A stretch of DNA of 61,838 nt, the filler included, from Circinaria calcarea (lineage: Eukaryota), in assembly GCA_051942165.1 (NCBI GenBank). It is 2 parts of 2 records of this genome, joined end to end, with 100 filler letters (N's around TTAATTAATTAA, not from the genome) between each part and the next. Parts side by side here need not be neighbours in the genome. Positions count along the whole stretch, not along the records: positions 31,187 to 61,838 come from JAVECS010000043.1; 1 more part is not named here. One strand, given 5' to 3'. Numbering within the stretch: the first letter of the stretch is position 1; each line of letters starts with the position of its first letter. Both the position numbers and the translations under genes were made by a program. Shown here in pieces: positions 32,655 to 46,420 of this stretch. Under the pieces are notes generated by a model. The model was given only the letters and a program-made list of their open reading frames with translations. It ran no database searches and was not told the DNA's origin.

Positions 32655-34866
32655 ATGGCTAAAATACGGACAGCCAGGTTATCTTTGACCATGCCCAACC
32701 CGATACCAGCCTCAAGCAGTCTTTCTCGCTCACGGTCCTCAAGTGGCAGTCTTCATTCAGGCTCACCCAACAGTCCGAGGCGTTGCGAAGACTTGTTCTA
32801 CGACGCTAAGTATTGTTTGGGGGATCAGCGGGTCGATGCGATTTTACAAACCCACGATCCGAACAACCTACAAACACCTACCAAAACAGATCACTCAAGA
32901 ATAGGGTCTACCTCACCTACCTCTCCCTCATTTACATCCCTTCCACCGTTTCCTTCTTCTCCAGAGTCCACCCCAAAGCACGTTAGAGATGCATCGAAGT
33001 CATTTTTCTCCAACCTGAAAGCATCGAAGTCTTCCACCAAGATACAATCGGTTGAATCTACCATACGACAAGTACCTCAAGAGTCATCTGAAAGCAACAT
33101 GTGGCGTAAGAAGAGTCAAGTATTTCAGTCCCAGAGCAACCTCAACTCCAAAGCATCATTTGCGCCACCAGCACCCGAACGTCATGACTCCTTGGTGTCA
33201 GCGGGTATGTCTACACGCTTACATTAATACTACTCCCCCACTTACATTCACCGTAGAGGATACAAATGCAGAGGATGCCATATCTCCTCCCGGTGGTTCC
33301 TTCGCTGCAGGTGACGAGGCATCTACAGCAGAAGCCGCCAACGAATCGGCCCCCAATAAGGGTAAACCTAAATTTTCTAGTTTCTTGAAGAGAAACGCTT
33401 CAACTCGCATTGATTTGGTTGGGCGAAAGTCGAAACCCAATAGCCCTACTCACATCATTGTTCCTGAGACCGAATTCCTTACCAATGAAACTCGTTCACC
33501 CCAAGGGCCTTTGACTGCACCTTTGCGCCCGGACAATAACCTTTCCTTCCACGATATGATGAAGCCACCAGTACCCCGAACCCGATCCGCAGATCGTCGT
33601 CCATCCCCTCATTCCGACGTCGGGGAGTACAGATCTCGTCGTCCCGACAGATCTAAAGAGGAGCACCGAGGGCTAGCCAAGCCTTCTTCACAGGTTTTTC
33701 GTACAGACGGGTCTGGCTCCCACTTCTTCTCTGGAATAAAGAATACGACTACAAGAGCAGCTGAGGGGATTGGCAAGGCCGGTAATCGTCTCATTGGTAG
33801 GAAGATCACCACCAAGCCTAGTGGCAGTTTCACAAAAGAACCCGAGGACGATCGGGACTATATGATTGGAGTTTTGAAGCTACCCCTGATACAACAGACT
33901 CGAATCACTCGCATCGCTAAGAGACTTGAAAACTCAAAGGACAAAACCGAATTCTGGATGCCGGCACTTCCGTGGAGATGTATTGAGTAAGTCAAACTGG
34001 GTCTTTTTAATGGTCACCTTCTTGATGTTTTCCCCTACTGACTGATCTTTCATAGCTATCTAAACTACAAGGGCTGTGATGAAGAAGGTTTATATCGTAT
34101 TCCAGGTAGTGGTAAGGAGATCAGAGCTTGGCAAAAGCGTTTTGATATCGGTAAACCTAGCCATCCATGAATAATTTCCGCGATACTGATCAAGCACCCC
34201 ACAGAGCACGATATCAATCTGTTTGACGAGGATGAACTTTACGATATCAACATTATCGGTTCGATGTTCAAGGCTTGGTTGCGCGATCTTCCGGATGAGA
34301 TCTTTCCTAAGGAAACCCAAGACCGTATTACCTCTGTCTGCACTGACTCGTCCGAGGCTCCACAGATACTCAAGGACGAGCTCTCCATGCTGCCACCTTG
34401 GAACTATTATCTTCTCTTTGCCATCACTTGCCACCTTAGCTTACTACATGCTTACGTCGAGAAAAACAAGATGAGTTATAACAATTTACGGATCTGTTTT
34501 GCACCTGCCCTCGGAATATATGGCGACTGCTTCAGGTGGCTTGTGTGCGATTGGCGTAACTGCTGGCAGGGTTGCTGGACTGAGAAACAGGCATTGGAAG
34601 AGGAGTATCGTGTTCTGGACCTACAGCCCCAAAATGTCTCGAGCCCCGCCGGCGCCAACATGAATGACGAAGATCGTTCTCTGTCGTCATCTGGGAGCGG
34701 AAAAAGTACGCAAAAGCCGCCGCCGTTAGCCCTTCCACATGCGAGTGAAGAAAGCTTGCCTCGAATTGCTGGAGCAGGGCATCATGGGATGAGCGCGAGC
34801 CAACTACCAGAACTTAGTCTGCCGAAGCCGATTTCCCCAATCCTCCCCACCCACAATACTAACTAG
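32655..34866 (+). CDS. RhoGAP domain protein (4 exons)
   Basis: DKTEFWMPALPWRCI|DYLNYKGCDEEGLYRIPGS (arginine finger), SMFKAWLRDLP and NKMSYNNLRICFAP. Confidence 0.9.
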
Positions 34867-35438
34867 TTTGGATTCTCCTTTGTGCTTTACTCTGTCGCGT
34901 ACACATACGGCAGAAAAATTGACGGCGCTTGATACCCCTTCCGCCCAGGTAACAACTGGCGGAAGATAACGCTCGATACCCATAGCTTTGCACTCCAGAT
35001 CATGCCCCTCTTTTTCATCTGTTCGGGACGTCCTAGTCAGACATGTTTTTGTTATGCCGAATGACATGCTCTGAATGCGGGGGAGCCATTTAATGAATTG
35101 TGTTCCAGTAGGGAACAACACATGTACGATAGGATCAATATGCCAAATGAGACCGGAGCAACGAATAAAAGTGTCTCACGCCGCTTTGGTCTGGCTGGAC
35201 TGGTCGATGGGTCTTCTATGCCGGTGGTTGAAATTACCTTGGCTTTGGAGGCTCCCCTACGATGTATTGTGCGCGCGCTTTTCATGCTGGTTGGATCAAG
35301 ATCCAGACTTTGTTTGCTTTTGTGATACCTCCTCTAGTTGACAAAGACACCTCAAATGTACAATAGCTCTACTTCTCGATAATTGCGAATACGGTAACGA
35401 AAACGACCCGCTTAATTCAAGTGACATGCAGAGCCTTC

Positions 35439-37040
35439 TTACACTCTCATTCGGATACATCCCCTCTCTAATTCCCCGATCATTCCTCCGCCACTGATGG
35501 TCCATTTCTCTCCAACTAACCCTTCGCTGACCGTCTGCCTCAGCACTCCACTCTTGGCCCAGTACTCCATCAATCCCCTCGCTTCGTCTCGACTTAGACC
35601 TTTCAAACGCTGAATCTCGATATTGTCGCCTCCATTGCTCAATACCCCAATCACCCGCTCGTCGTACTTCGTAAACGGCGCCGGCTGCGGTACCTTTGTA
35701 GCATCCTGGTCAGTCGCCCGCAGAAACGCGTCCATTGGCAACGGTAAAGGGAATGAACTGCTGGAAGCAGTCGACTGTTTGGCTTCCAATTGAGCAAGCT
35801 TGAATTTCAAACTCGGCACCAAGGGATGATTGCTCTCACTCGTCGCAGCAAGTATGATCCCTCCGTTTGGCAGACTCTTGGCTTCAGAAAGATGTTCCAT
35901 GAACCAGCTTACGAGCGCTAGATCGTGTGCATGTATCGGCGTAAAAGACGAGGACATATACGCTGACAACTTCATTGCGTGGCCTAATCCGTCAATTGCG
36001 AGAAGGATGGGAGGACGGGGGTGGGCAGAGGTAGACGGGGAGCTCAGCTCGCGCCAGAGGGCTAGAAAGACGGGCCACGCGAGGTCGGGGTCTGAAGCTC
36101 CTAGTGAGACGAGACCGGAAAGGGAGAGATTCGACTGTAGAGGCATGTTGCCGGGAAGAGCGTGCGTGTGAGAGAGTGTTAGACTTGAGAGCACAGAGTC
36201 ATTCGAGCGGCCGATGGAGGAAAGGAGAGTTGTAAGGTAGGTCTTTTGGATATATTGGGTTGGAGTGCTTCCAGGTAAAGGGGAGTAGGGTGTGTGGCCG
36301 TTTGTGAGGTCCATGGCTATCAAAGGCGATTGTTAGTTGCAAACAGCATTCGGAGGCAATGAGGAAGGGCAACTACCATCGGGTATGTTGATAACAATCC
36401 AATTTTTTAGGAAGGCCATGCTCAGCACTTGGAGGAGAAGCATGCTCTTCCCGCTCCCTTTTTCGCCGACAAGAATCCGACGGATATTTTGATCTGTTTG
36501 AGAGGAATCCATGGAATCGAAGATTTTGCCGTACTCCAATGTTTCCTTCCTGATCAACATACTCGGCCGCCGGAAAAGGCCCCATCCTTGGGATACTTTG
36601 AAAGCTTCTACTGCTCTCAGTTGATCAACAACTGGACCTGGTATTCCAAGCATTTGCCCCCGTAATCGCATGTCAATCATAGTCTTGGCACTGAGATCTT
36701 GCATCCCATGCACCTCTATTGCATTGGTATTGCTGAGCACTATTCTTTTCCGAAGTGCTTTCCGTTCTCCTGGTCCAGGCGGCCGGCCCTTGTCGTGACC
36801 TCCTTTTTTCTTTTTATGTCTAAAGGTCCGTTGTTCGCCGCGCTTTGGCGGACCAAGTGTCATACCACCACCAGGACGTTTAGCCTTAGGTGCTGGGTTC
36901 GAGAGGGCCGCCGAGGTGCTGAAGGCTGGGCTGGTTGGAGCAATCGAGGTCAGACGTTGCCAGGGTGTGAACGATGTAGGAGTGCGAGGCCCATGTCGAA
37001 ATTGCGTTAGACACCTCCAGCAAGGGGTGGTGGAGGTCAT
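35439..37040 (-). CDS. RSM23: Mitochondrial small-subunit ribosomal protein mS29 (Rsm23/DAP3), 2 exons
   Basis: Mitochondrial-type presequence, GERKALRKRIVLSNTNA, P-loop GEKGSGKS, LLAIDGL and EARGLMEYWAKSG. Confidence 0.9.
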
Positions 37041-37279
37041 TGTCGGAGAATAGCGTGTTAGGTCTCTTGCCAAAGCTGTCCACCACGCCAAATAGCTTCT
37101 GTTGAATGTTGATGCCGCTTTAGATACAGCCCTATGTGACTTTAAAGGCGGCCCTACATAAAGTTTATAAAGTTTAACGCCCCACCAACGAGAATAGGTA
37201 CTTCTCCTGCAAATCAGCAAGGCGACAATCATTTATTTCGATACGATATTCAGAGATACCCTGAGGCCGATAACTTCCA

Positions 37280-37976
37280 ATGGCAACAGTAATCAAACCA
37301 AACAGCACCAGCGCCGACTCCCTCTCAAGAGGAGCTTCAATCGGCCCAGAACGCTTGTATGTTACAGAATTTGAGAATAAGAGATCCATAGTATCAACTG
37401 ATATCTAGACCCGTTTCTGTAACGAAGCCTATTCCCTACACGTTCGACCTCGGCAACCTTTTCTGTAGCGACGCCAATCCACTTCCTACCAAGCCTACAG
37501 ACGCCCAACTTGCTTCCGTAGCTCGCGATTGCGCCCAGGCCCTGATAAACCAGCTCCTTACTACATGTCCCATCCACTCCCACCCCACCGAGGGCGTCCT
37601 CTTAACTTTGCCTCCTTGCACAACACCTTTACCCCGAGAAAAGCCTCTGCCGGCCCAGAAAAAGGAAACGAAATGGGAAAAGTTTGCAAAGAAGAAGGGC
37701 ATCAAGGACAGAAAGAGGGCCGAGGGTAAGATGGTATATGATGAGGAGAAAGGTGAATGGGCACCAAAATGGGGGTACAAAGGCCGTAACAAGGACGGAG
37801 AGGGCGATTGGATTGTGGAGGTGGATGTGAAGAAGGAGGAGAAGGTGCAGTCTAAAGGCGATGGAAGTACGTTGAGGGGAGAGGGCAGAAGGGACAGAGT
37901 CGAAAAGGTCAAAAGGAATGAAAGGAAACGAAGAGCGAATGATAGGAAAGTGAGGAAAAGTGGAGGGCTGGGCTGA
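37280..37976 (+). CDS. RRS1: Ribosome biogenesis regulatory protein Rrs1, 2 exons
   Basis: KPIPYTFDLGNL, ARDCAQALINQL, LPREKPLP, TKWEKFAKKKGI and WAPKWGYKG. Confidence 0.93.
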
Positions 37977-38419
37977 GTCCGATAAGAGCAATACCATTGG
38001 CACCCCGGCATCAACGACGTTGGTTGGGAAATGTCCGATGGGGCCTTTCTCTCGAAGTTGGGCAATTTTATGACCTATCATGCCAAACACATACCACTGG
38101 TTGCTTTATGAGCCAAGACTGAAGCCAGTCAAAGGCTCCAGGCGTTGGGGCCCTCACGAGGCGAATTTCGGGTCAATCCCCAGGCCTACGCGGGAACGTG
38201 CCCTGGTGTCTATCAAAATGACGTCGGACACTGGAGGGGTGTTCAAAGCGGGATTGAGGCAATCCGCTGTTCAGATGTGCAAATTTTCGTGTCAACCACC
38301 ATCTCCTTCAAGGCACAATAATACCTATACAGCCAGGGTATTCTTGAGATCCCAATTGAATAGCGCGATGCGCCATTTCATCCGCTCCTTTGCCCTTAAC
38401 GCCATTCCCCTTACCTTCT

Positions 38420-41079
38420 CTAAAATATATCTTCATCATCCATATCCATATCACCGGACTCGATGAACACGAGCCGCGTACCCTCGGCAGCTGTTTGCCA
38501 AACCTAAGTGATCTGTATCAGCACTCTGGTTAATGGAAATGTTTAAAGAGAAATGCAGCCTACATCTAGTAAGGCATATTCGTCCAGTGCTTGGCTGAAC
38601 TGATCTTCCGTGAAGCCCTTGGCAATAATTCTTTCTCGTACTTTCTTGATACTGAGCTCTCCCCTGCTGCCATCGCCGGCAGCAGCCGCTCCACTATCTT
38701 TCATTGCTCTGACCAGGTTATAGATCTTCGAACTAGGGCTTTGATCTCCGCCTGTACTGCTCTCGTTATACAAGCTTGCCTTGCTTACCTCCACTAGCCG
38801 CAAGGCTTCATCAACATCGTCCGTGACTACTAGCTGGGAAAACCGTAGTCGAGCGAGAGCCTGCGAAAGACGGAGTATGCCTAGTAGTGTGCGTGGCGAA
38901 GTGTGGGTGAAATGCTTCTTTCTTCCCTCATCTCGCTTTTGCTGCTGCCGCATACGAACGTAGGCACCGACCATATAATCCGAAACATCCTTCGGAACCG
39001 TAGGCCTCCACCTGCGAGCTTCTGCAATATATTGCCGAACTTCGTGCGGTGTGAAGACTACTCCCTCTGTTTCCGGATGCTTATTGTGCATGTGAACATA
39101 GGTAACATGTTGTGCTAGTTCCTCATCGGCATCTCGGGACGGCTGGTCAAGCATTAAGAAGAGAACGTCGAACCGGGAGAGGAGCGCAGCTGGTAGATTG
39201 ATATTCTCGACAGGGGAAATCCTCGGGTTGTACCGCCCGTATAACGGATTAGCAGCAGCCAGGATTGATGTGCGAGCATTCAACGATGTAGTGATGCCTG
39301 CCTTTGAGATCGAGATTGTTTGTTGTTCCATCACTTCGTGGATCGCCGTCCGATCACCATCGTCCATCTTATCAAATTCATCAATGCAGCAAATACCATT
39401 ATCAGCGAGGACCAAAGCACCACCTTCCAACACCATTTCCTCCGTCACCGGGTCTCGCATGACTGCGGCCGTAAGGCCGACGCCGCTGCTGCCTCGGCCT
39501 GTGGTGTAGACACCCCGTGGTGCAACTTTGGTGATATATTTCAAAAGTTGCGATTTGGCTACACCAGGATCTCCCATCAGGCAGATGTTAATGTCTCCGC
39601 GTATCCGCATCCCATCGCCCATCTCTTTGGTGACGCCACCAATAAGGAGCAGGAGAAGTGCTTTTTTCACATCGAGATGACCATAGATCTCAGGGGCGAT
39701 TGATCTTGAAAGATATTCGTACATGTGACCGGAGTTTTTGTATTGTTCTATCCGCCGGAGAGTCCTCGCATCTACAACCAGATCATCATATGCCTTCTTG
39801 TGCTGGTTGACGTGCTGAGCTTCCAGATATGTATCCGTCAACAGTCCCGCTCGGATTGCCTTAAATCCAGTATAAGGCGTAGGCAGAAAGATCCCAGCGA
39901 CGTCAATAACATCTCCGGGATTTATCTGTCTCGTTAGTGTTCCGTGGCAATGCACAGTCAACGTGCGCGGAATGTGGCCAACAGGTACTTGGTCAGCCAT
40001 TTCCTGGATTTTTACCTCCTGGAAAGGCAGGAACTTGGATGCCCGTGTGGACAAGAACAGTTGCCCTTTAGAGTTGTTCTTTTTACACTCCTCTGAAAGA
40101 CACTCTACCATCGGGGTGAATTGTTTTGTAGTGACGGGTTGAAAAATCTCGCAGCCACATCGATCGCAGGTATAAGCATTAACTTGTACCGCTGGCTTCA
40201 CATCCGAAACCCTGGTTGTAATGCCCCGGACTGTAATCAGATGCCCTAAATGTTCTCCACGGACGTTACGGACCGCCAAAGCTTTTTGGTTCCGCTCATT
40301 GTTTGTACCAGATGGGGTAATAGGTTTAAACGTGAGAGTGTAGCGTCTCGTCAATTCGGCCGGAAATACTGAGGCTGGTAAAGATGGATCCAGATCGTGT
40401 TCTACCGCCAGAGCCATGGTTTCGTTCCTCTTTTGTCGCTGCGACATAATAATGTCAAGGACATCATCTTTGAATCTTCCAAGTTAATTATGGTGTCAAG
40501 TTGCAGGCAGAGCATACTCACGATATTTCTCTCGTCTCCTTAGGCATCACCTTGTCTACGGCTTGAGACAGAATGTCGATATAGTGTTTGGCATTTCTCT
40601 CAATCGACTCCACGAGTCTCAAACTCTCGTGGTCTCCCAGGCTTCTTTCATACTGTAGCAGGCCTATCAGTACATGCCACATAACACAGAAGCGGTTACC
40701 CACGGCGTCTAAGTCGTCCAATTCTATACATATTTCGGAACTTTGCCGATCTGCGACGTTTTGCAAAAGCTCCATGTATTTCTTCTTAGGATCCCGGTTC
40801 CTGTGACTTCTCCGACCTGGTCTGATCTCACCGTTGGCATCTGCAGCATCTTCCATGAAGTCATACTCGTCGCTCAGCCCATCCCCATCAATATTGAGAC
40901 CTTGCAGCGCATCGGTCGCAGACGCTTCAGTTGCCGATGCCGAAGACTTGAAGCTTGTAAGAAATTCCTCGAAGGCAGCTATGGGAACTGTGAGCAGTTA
41001 CGACAGGTATAGGAGAAACTGCTCGAGAACCTTGCTGAGTGCCGTATTCCACGGGGGCTTTTGCCTGAAGTAGCGCCAT
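38420..41079 (-). CDS. MCM7: DNA replication licensing factor Mcm7 (multi-exon)
   Basis: YTCDRCG zinc finger, [32 protein letters not shown] and LLSRFD. The last exon is [15 protein letters not shown]...DIF*. Confidence 0.97.
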
Positions 41080-41218
41080 TGCACTTCGGGTAGCAAGGAG
41101 CAAGCTGGCCTCGCGATCGATATCAAGGCTTTTCAGAGAGATAGGTCTCTAGTAGATACTTATCTCTTATTTGCTGGAAATCAATGGTGAGTCTTCAGGA
41201 CTAAGCGAATGGATGCGG

Positions 41219-41290
41219 GCGCGTGAGACGCGTATGGTAAACCCGTGTTAGACACGTGTTAAAGTCGCTAATTTGGAGGGGCGCGTTTTC
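41219..41290. promoter_or_regulatory. MCB (MluI cell-cycle box) cluster upstream of MCM7
   Basis: Perfect ACGCGT at 41228-41233 plus GCGCGT at about 41219 and 41281, 140-210 bp upstream of the MCM7 ATG. MBF-type G1/S control of replication genes is established in fungi. Confidence 0.6.
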
Positions 41291-42223
41291 AGCCTAACAT
41301 GTCTGGGCAATGGCTTGTTATGGCAAATCTGAATTGGTGAAAAAGATGTGATTAGCTACAGCTATAAAGCATGTGATTCTTAGCGCTAGTAAGCAACTGC
41401 TTGCGATTCCGTAGTAAAAATAGTCAACGTCTACATCGAATAACCAGACGATAGCGAACCCTTCCCTTGCTCTGTCTACCCAACCTTCCTAGGCACCCCT
41501 CGTCCACCAGTAGCGCCGGTAGTGCGCGTGTCGTTGGCTCACTCGTAAAGGAAGCTTGTGCTGGACGGAATGTATTTGGGTAAACGCTTCACCGGGACGT
41601 TCGGTGGCACTGCCTTTGTAGGAATTGGTGGCGTCAATTTTGTCGATTTAGATATACACAATACAGATTTTAAATTAATGGCTGGACTGGCAATCTAAAA
41701 TAGCAGTCCAGTCCACCCCTTTCCGTGCCAGTAGTTGAAGTGTGTGAAATAAGCCATAAGTGGAAACGACGTTTATTCCTCAAGTAGCGCTGCATCATCA
41801 AGCCTTCTGCTTAGAGTATTGCTTCGGAGTCTCCAAAATTGGGTGGGATGAATAGTAATAGTAGAGGTATTGTTGAGAAAATAAATTTAGCACCCGGAAG
41901 CTTCTGCTACCACCGTATTGATATGGCAAGTCCTTTTATTTAATGGCAAATTGCTGAAGCCTTAATTAGTAAGGGAGAGTTTGTGTGGTTCTTTCTATAT
42001 CCGCAAAGTAGCGAGGGGATGCCAACACGCATCGAGAAGACAGCACAATAAGCTCTAAGGGTCGTGGAACTCTCAGCTCGACGACGGTAATACGATAGAC
42101 CGACCGCGGGGGTGTAATATCTTTTGCACCAGACAACACCATGCGTGCTCAGCTTTCTCTGTTACCTTACCACCATGTTCGTAAAGTAAGAGAAGATAGG
42201 ATCTGCCAGCTCCAAAATCCAAC

Positions 42224-45200
42224 ATGGCTCCCCAACCTAAGAGAACTACGACAACGGCAGAAGTCGCACTGGTGCAGCTAAGGAATTGCTTGGTCAATCT
42301 TCCCCCGTCTGTGGTTGCCATCCTGGTCAATGCGAACACTGTAAGCTCCTGACGAGACTTGGGAATGCGGCTGCCGCTGATAAGGTGAAGGCAGCCCAGA
42401 ATGTGGTCATTGAGATTCAGTCCTGCGCACCGGCTTCCCTTGCGAGAGAACATTACCCAAAGAGTAGCGATCAGTCTACGTATGTTGGGTGGACTGGTAT
42501 GCCCAGTCATCCGGGCCTGAAGGCGCCTGGCAGAAGAAATGGACCGAAAGGGAGCTCGACTAGGGAACAAGATTCCGGTGTTGTCGAGATTGATTCCACC
42601 TTCGCACGGATGATTGGCCTGGTCGAAGGGCAGAAAGTTGGTTTTACTCCAGACAGACGACCGACCAAGGCTGAATCCAAGAGCTAGGTAGGGTTGGTGC
42701 TACATCTCGACCCTCCTCAGGCGCATACTGTCAACATTGAACCTCTGACCCCCGAAGACTGGGAGAGTAGGCGGAGCTTTGCAAATATCAAGAATGAATG
42801 CTGACAGCTCCCACTAGTAATTGAACTTCATGCTACCTTTTTAGAGCTGAACTTGCTTTCGCAGATACGAGCATTACCAAACCCTTCTTATTCAGCATCG
42901 CCATCTGCACAAGCACGGCCAGCTCACCCTCTAACACTACATCTATCTCCAACTTCAACGGCAAACATTATAGTCGGTTCATTGACGCCACCTCTCCCTT
43001 CTACTTCGCCCTTCGCCAAGCTAGCCCCTGATGCGGAGGTGATTGTAGCCCCAAGGATCCGAGCACGGCTGTCCGGGAATGGTCGTACCGACAGTCGCAG
43101 TGTCGCAAGTACTGGCCGAAGGAGTGCTGGTGGTAAGAGTGGTGTTGTTATTACTGATTATACACACAGCCATAAAAGTGAGCCTCCCCTGCGTCAGCCA
43201 ATTTTCCTTCGAGGCCTGGATCGGGGTATATATATAGATTGCTTTGACAGCGAGGATCCTTCAACAGCGAATACGGGCCTCACGGTTTGGGTGGATCGAG
43301 ATGTACTGTCTAGTAAGTCTTTGAAAGATGTAGAATGCGTTTGTGTTTCCGTCGTGCAGCCAGCTGCACTGAAGGCCCCAATAGATCCGCAACAGCATCG
43401 AAAACAAAAGGACCAGGTGAACGCTGATGTTGGGGGATATGCATCCAAAATCGTTGCGAAACTTAGGGCATGGGACGACGCTCCGGATTCACGCCATGCT
43501 ACGCTCAGCTCGTTACTGTGTGCAGTACTCGGCGTGGAAGGCTTGGTAGGAGGTATCGTTCGTTTAGAAGCGGCACCGGCACCAGTATCGAAGTCTTCAA
43601 TCAAGAACCTGAAGATCTACCCTTTTGCGCCCTTGGGTACATCTCAGTCCGAAGCTCTAAAATTTGGAGGAGAAACAAAGGCAAATCGAGAAGCCGCCAC
43701 CGAAAGGATCAAGGCCATTTATGGCTACGACGACGGCGTTCATGGCGGAATGCTGAATGGTCCTTTAACGAATGGCCTAGTCCTACCCAAATTCATAGGC
43801 CCTGTCATCGAGCAGTCTTGGAATGGGGGCCTTCTCCGGTTTGATTCACTTGGCCCTTCTGAGGTAGAGGATCCAGCAGTAGTTTGGTTGACGGGTCTTG
43901 AAGCAAGCACTAGTATTCAGATCCAGCAGGATATCCCGGATCCATATGCGATCCGAAGGATGGGAGCAGTTGATACTGAGTCTTTGCCACCTAAAGCCCC
44001 TGTGCTAGTAGGTATTGACAAATTGGTCGAGAAGCTCGTCTCAAACCTATCTCATCAATCCTCGGTGTTGCTCAACGGCGGACTTGGATCAGGAAAATCT
44101 GCAATAGCTCGTTTACTGGCAATCCGTCTACGCAGCAGGAGCCTTTACCATACAACGTATTTATCTTGCCGTAAGTTGGTCACGAATGAAACACGCATCT
44201 CGGCAATCAAGGAAATATTCAATCGAATATTCATGACAGCATCTTGGGGCAGCCGTTCCGGAGGACGTGCAATCGTGATTCTCGATGATCTAGATAAACT
44301 GTGTCCGGCAGAAACAGAACTGCAGGTAGGTGGCGAGAACGGCCGTAGCCGACAGGTGAGTGAAATGTTATGCTCTATGGCACATCAGTACTGTAGCGCA
44401 GAATCAAACGTCGTGCTGCTTATAACAGCTCAGAGCAAAGACGCGCTCAATTCAATCATTATTGGAGCCCATGTGGTGAGGGATATCGTGGATATAAAGG
44501 CACCAGGCAAGCATATCAGACAGCAGGTATTACAGTCAATTGCCTATCAAAGCTTTCAAAGCTTTCTTCCACAATCCACAACCACCGAGAAGGCTGGCAT
44601 CTCCACGCTCAATGGTCCCGATGATGAAATACCTTGGCTGGACGGCCCCCCATCATATAGTCGTGGAAACCCTTCAAGTAGACGGGAAGGCTTTGCAAGG
44701 AGTCCGGACCTTGATTTCCTTGAGATAGCCGGACGAACAGACGGATATATGCCGAGCGACCTGGGGCTCTTGGTATCGCGCGCTAGGAGCGAAGCTCTGG
44801 TAAGGCGTATTCAACATTATAGTCCAGATCTAGCAGGGGAGAGTCCGATGATTGAACTCTGTCAAAAGGACTTTGAGCGAGCGCTGAAAGGATTTACGCC
44901 GGCATCATTGCGCAATGTTTCCTTGCAAACGTCTTCCACAACCTTCGACTCGATTGGTGGCCTTCAGGCTACTCGAAAGATCCTGTTAGAGACTTTACAG
45001 TACCCTACAACCTATGCTCCTATTTTTGCGCAATGCCCACTTCGTCTGAGGTCGGGCTTGCTTTTATATGGATTTCCAGGATGTGGCAAGACACTACTTG
45101 CAAGTGCAGTTGCCGGTGAATGTGGTCTTAACTTCATCAGCGTTAAAGGTCCGGAAATTTTGAACAAATACATCGGTGCTAGCGAAAAAAGCGTACGAGA

Positions 45201-46113
45201 CCTTTTCGATCGCGCAGAGGCGGCAAGGCCATGCATACTGTTCTTCGACGAGTTTGACAGTATAGCCCCGAAGCGAGGCCACGATTCGACTGGCGTGACC
45301 GATCGGGTAGTTAATCAGTTGCTTACCCAGATGGATGGAGCGGAAGGCCTTTCTGGTGTCTATGTATTAGCTGCGACATCGCGACCGGATCTCATCGATC
45401 CTGCTCTGCTTCGACCTGGACGTCTTGACAAATCCTTGATATGCGACCTTCCAGACGGGAATGATCGTCTAGAAATTCTAAAGGCATTGAGCAAGAGGCT
45501 CAAGGTATCCCCAGACGTTATAAACCTGACAAGGCCCGAAAGAAATTTTACTGAGGTTGCACGTCGGACTGAGGGTTACTCTGGTGCAGACTTGCAAGCT
45601 GTAATCTACAATGCGCATCTTGAAGCCATACACAACGTTTTAGGTGATCAGAAAGGAAGTATTTCAATGGACAGTCCAAGGCACCAGGAGGAAAAGGCCC
45701 TTACCGACCGAACAAAACCACGAGAGTTAATTCAGTTTCGTTTTGGTGAGGAAGAAGACGTTGCCGAGCGTGCCTCCTCCGGCATTAACCACTCCAAGCA
45801 GATCGCCGATCACGCTGAGTTGATTGCAAAGCTCGATTTGATCAAAGCTTCGAAGCGGAAGGAGAGACAAGCACGTCGCTATCAAGCCAGTCCCGTCCTA
45901 GGTGCAGACAATGAGGGGATGGATAGGGATGTAGAGGTTGTGATTCAGTGGAAGCATATTGAAGCCTCCTTAGCAACAACGCGGAGGTCTATTAGTACCG
46001 AGGAAAGGAGGAAGTTGCAACGTGTCTACACAGAGTTTACTATTGGGAGGAATGGTGAAATGCCGAATGGGCAGGCCTCAGTGGATGTTGGTGGGAGGAG
46101 TAGTCTGATGTGA
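42224..46113 (+). CDS. PEX1: Peroxisomal AAA-ATPase Pex1
   Basis: N-terminal LRNCLVNLP, YVGWTGMPS and IEPLTPEDWE. Two AAA modules (GGLGSGKS; GFPGCGKT, FFDEFDSIAPKRGHDSTGVTDRVVNQLLTQMDGAEGL). C-terminal GGRSSLM. Confidence 0.96.
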
Positions 46114-46420
46114 AAAATCATACGCTCACGATTCTCGAGACGTTACGTGCCTTTGCGAGAAGCTCCCATTCATTTCCAGGCAAACTCCCAAAAGCAAATG
46201 CCGCCACTGCGTAGGCCATTCCTGATCTACGATATCTGGACCTACACGCATCATCCTTGTGGACCATGGTAAACATGCGGTCTGGAATAAAGCCAGCTGG
46301 AAAATAAAGAAGCTTAGATAGCAAAGAGTGCGCCGAGTCACTAGTACCAGTCTCCTGAGAAGTAGTTATCTCTCGTCCAATCCTAGCCCATCCTAGCTCA
46401 AGGAGAGTTCGAGATTGAAC

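Noticed and set aside
43194..45282. Antisense and alternate-frame ORFs within PEX1 (and similarly within MCM7, palH and BCAT)
   Set aside because: They are shadow ORFs of long, well-supported genes.
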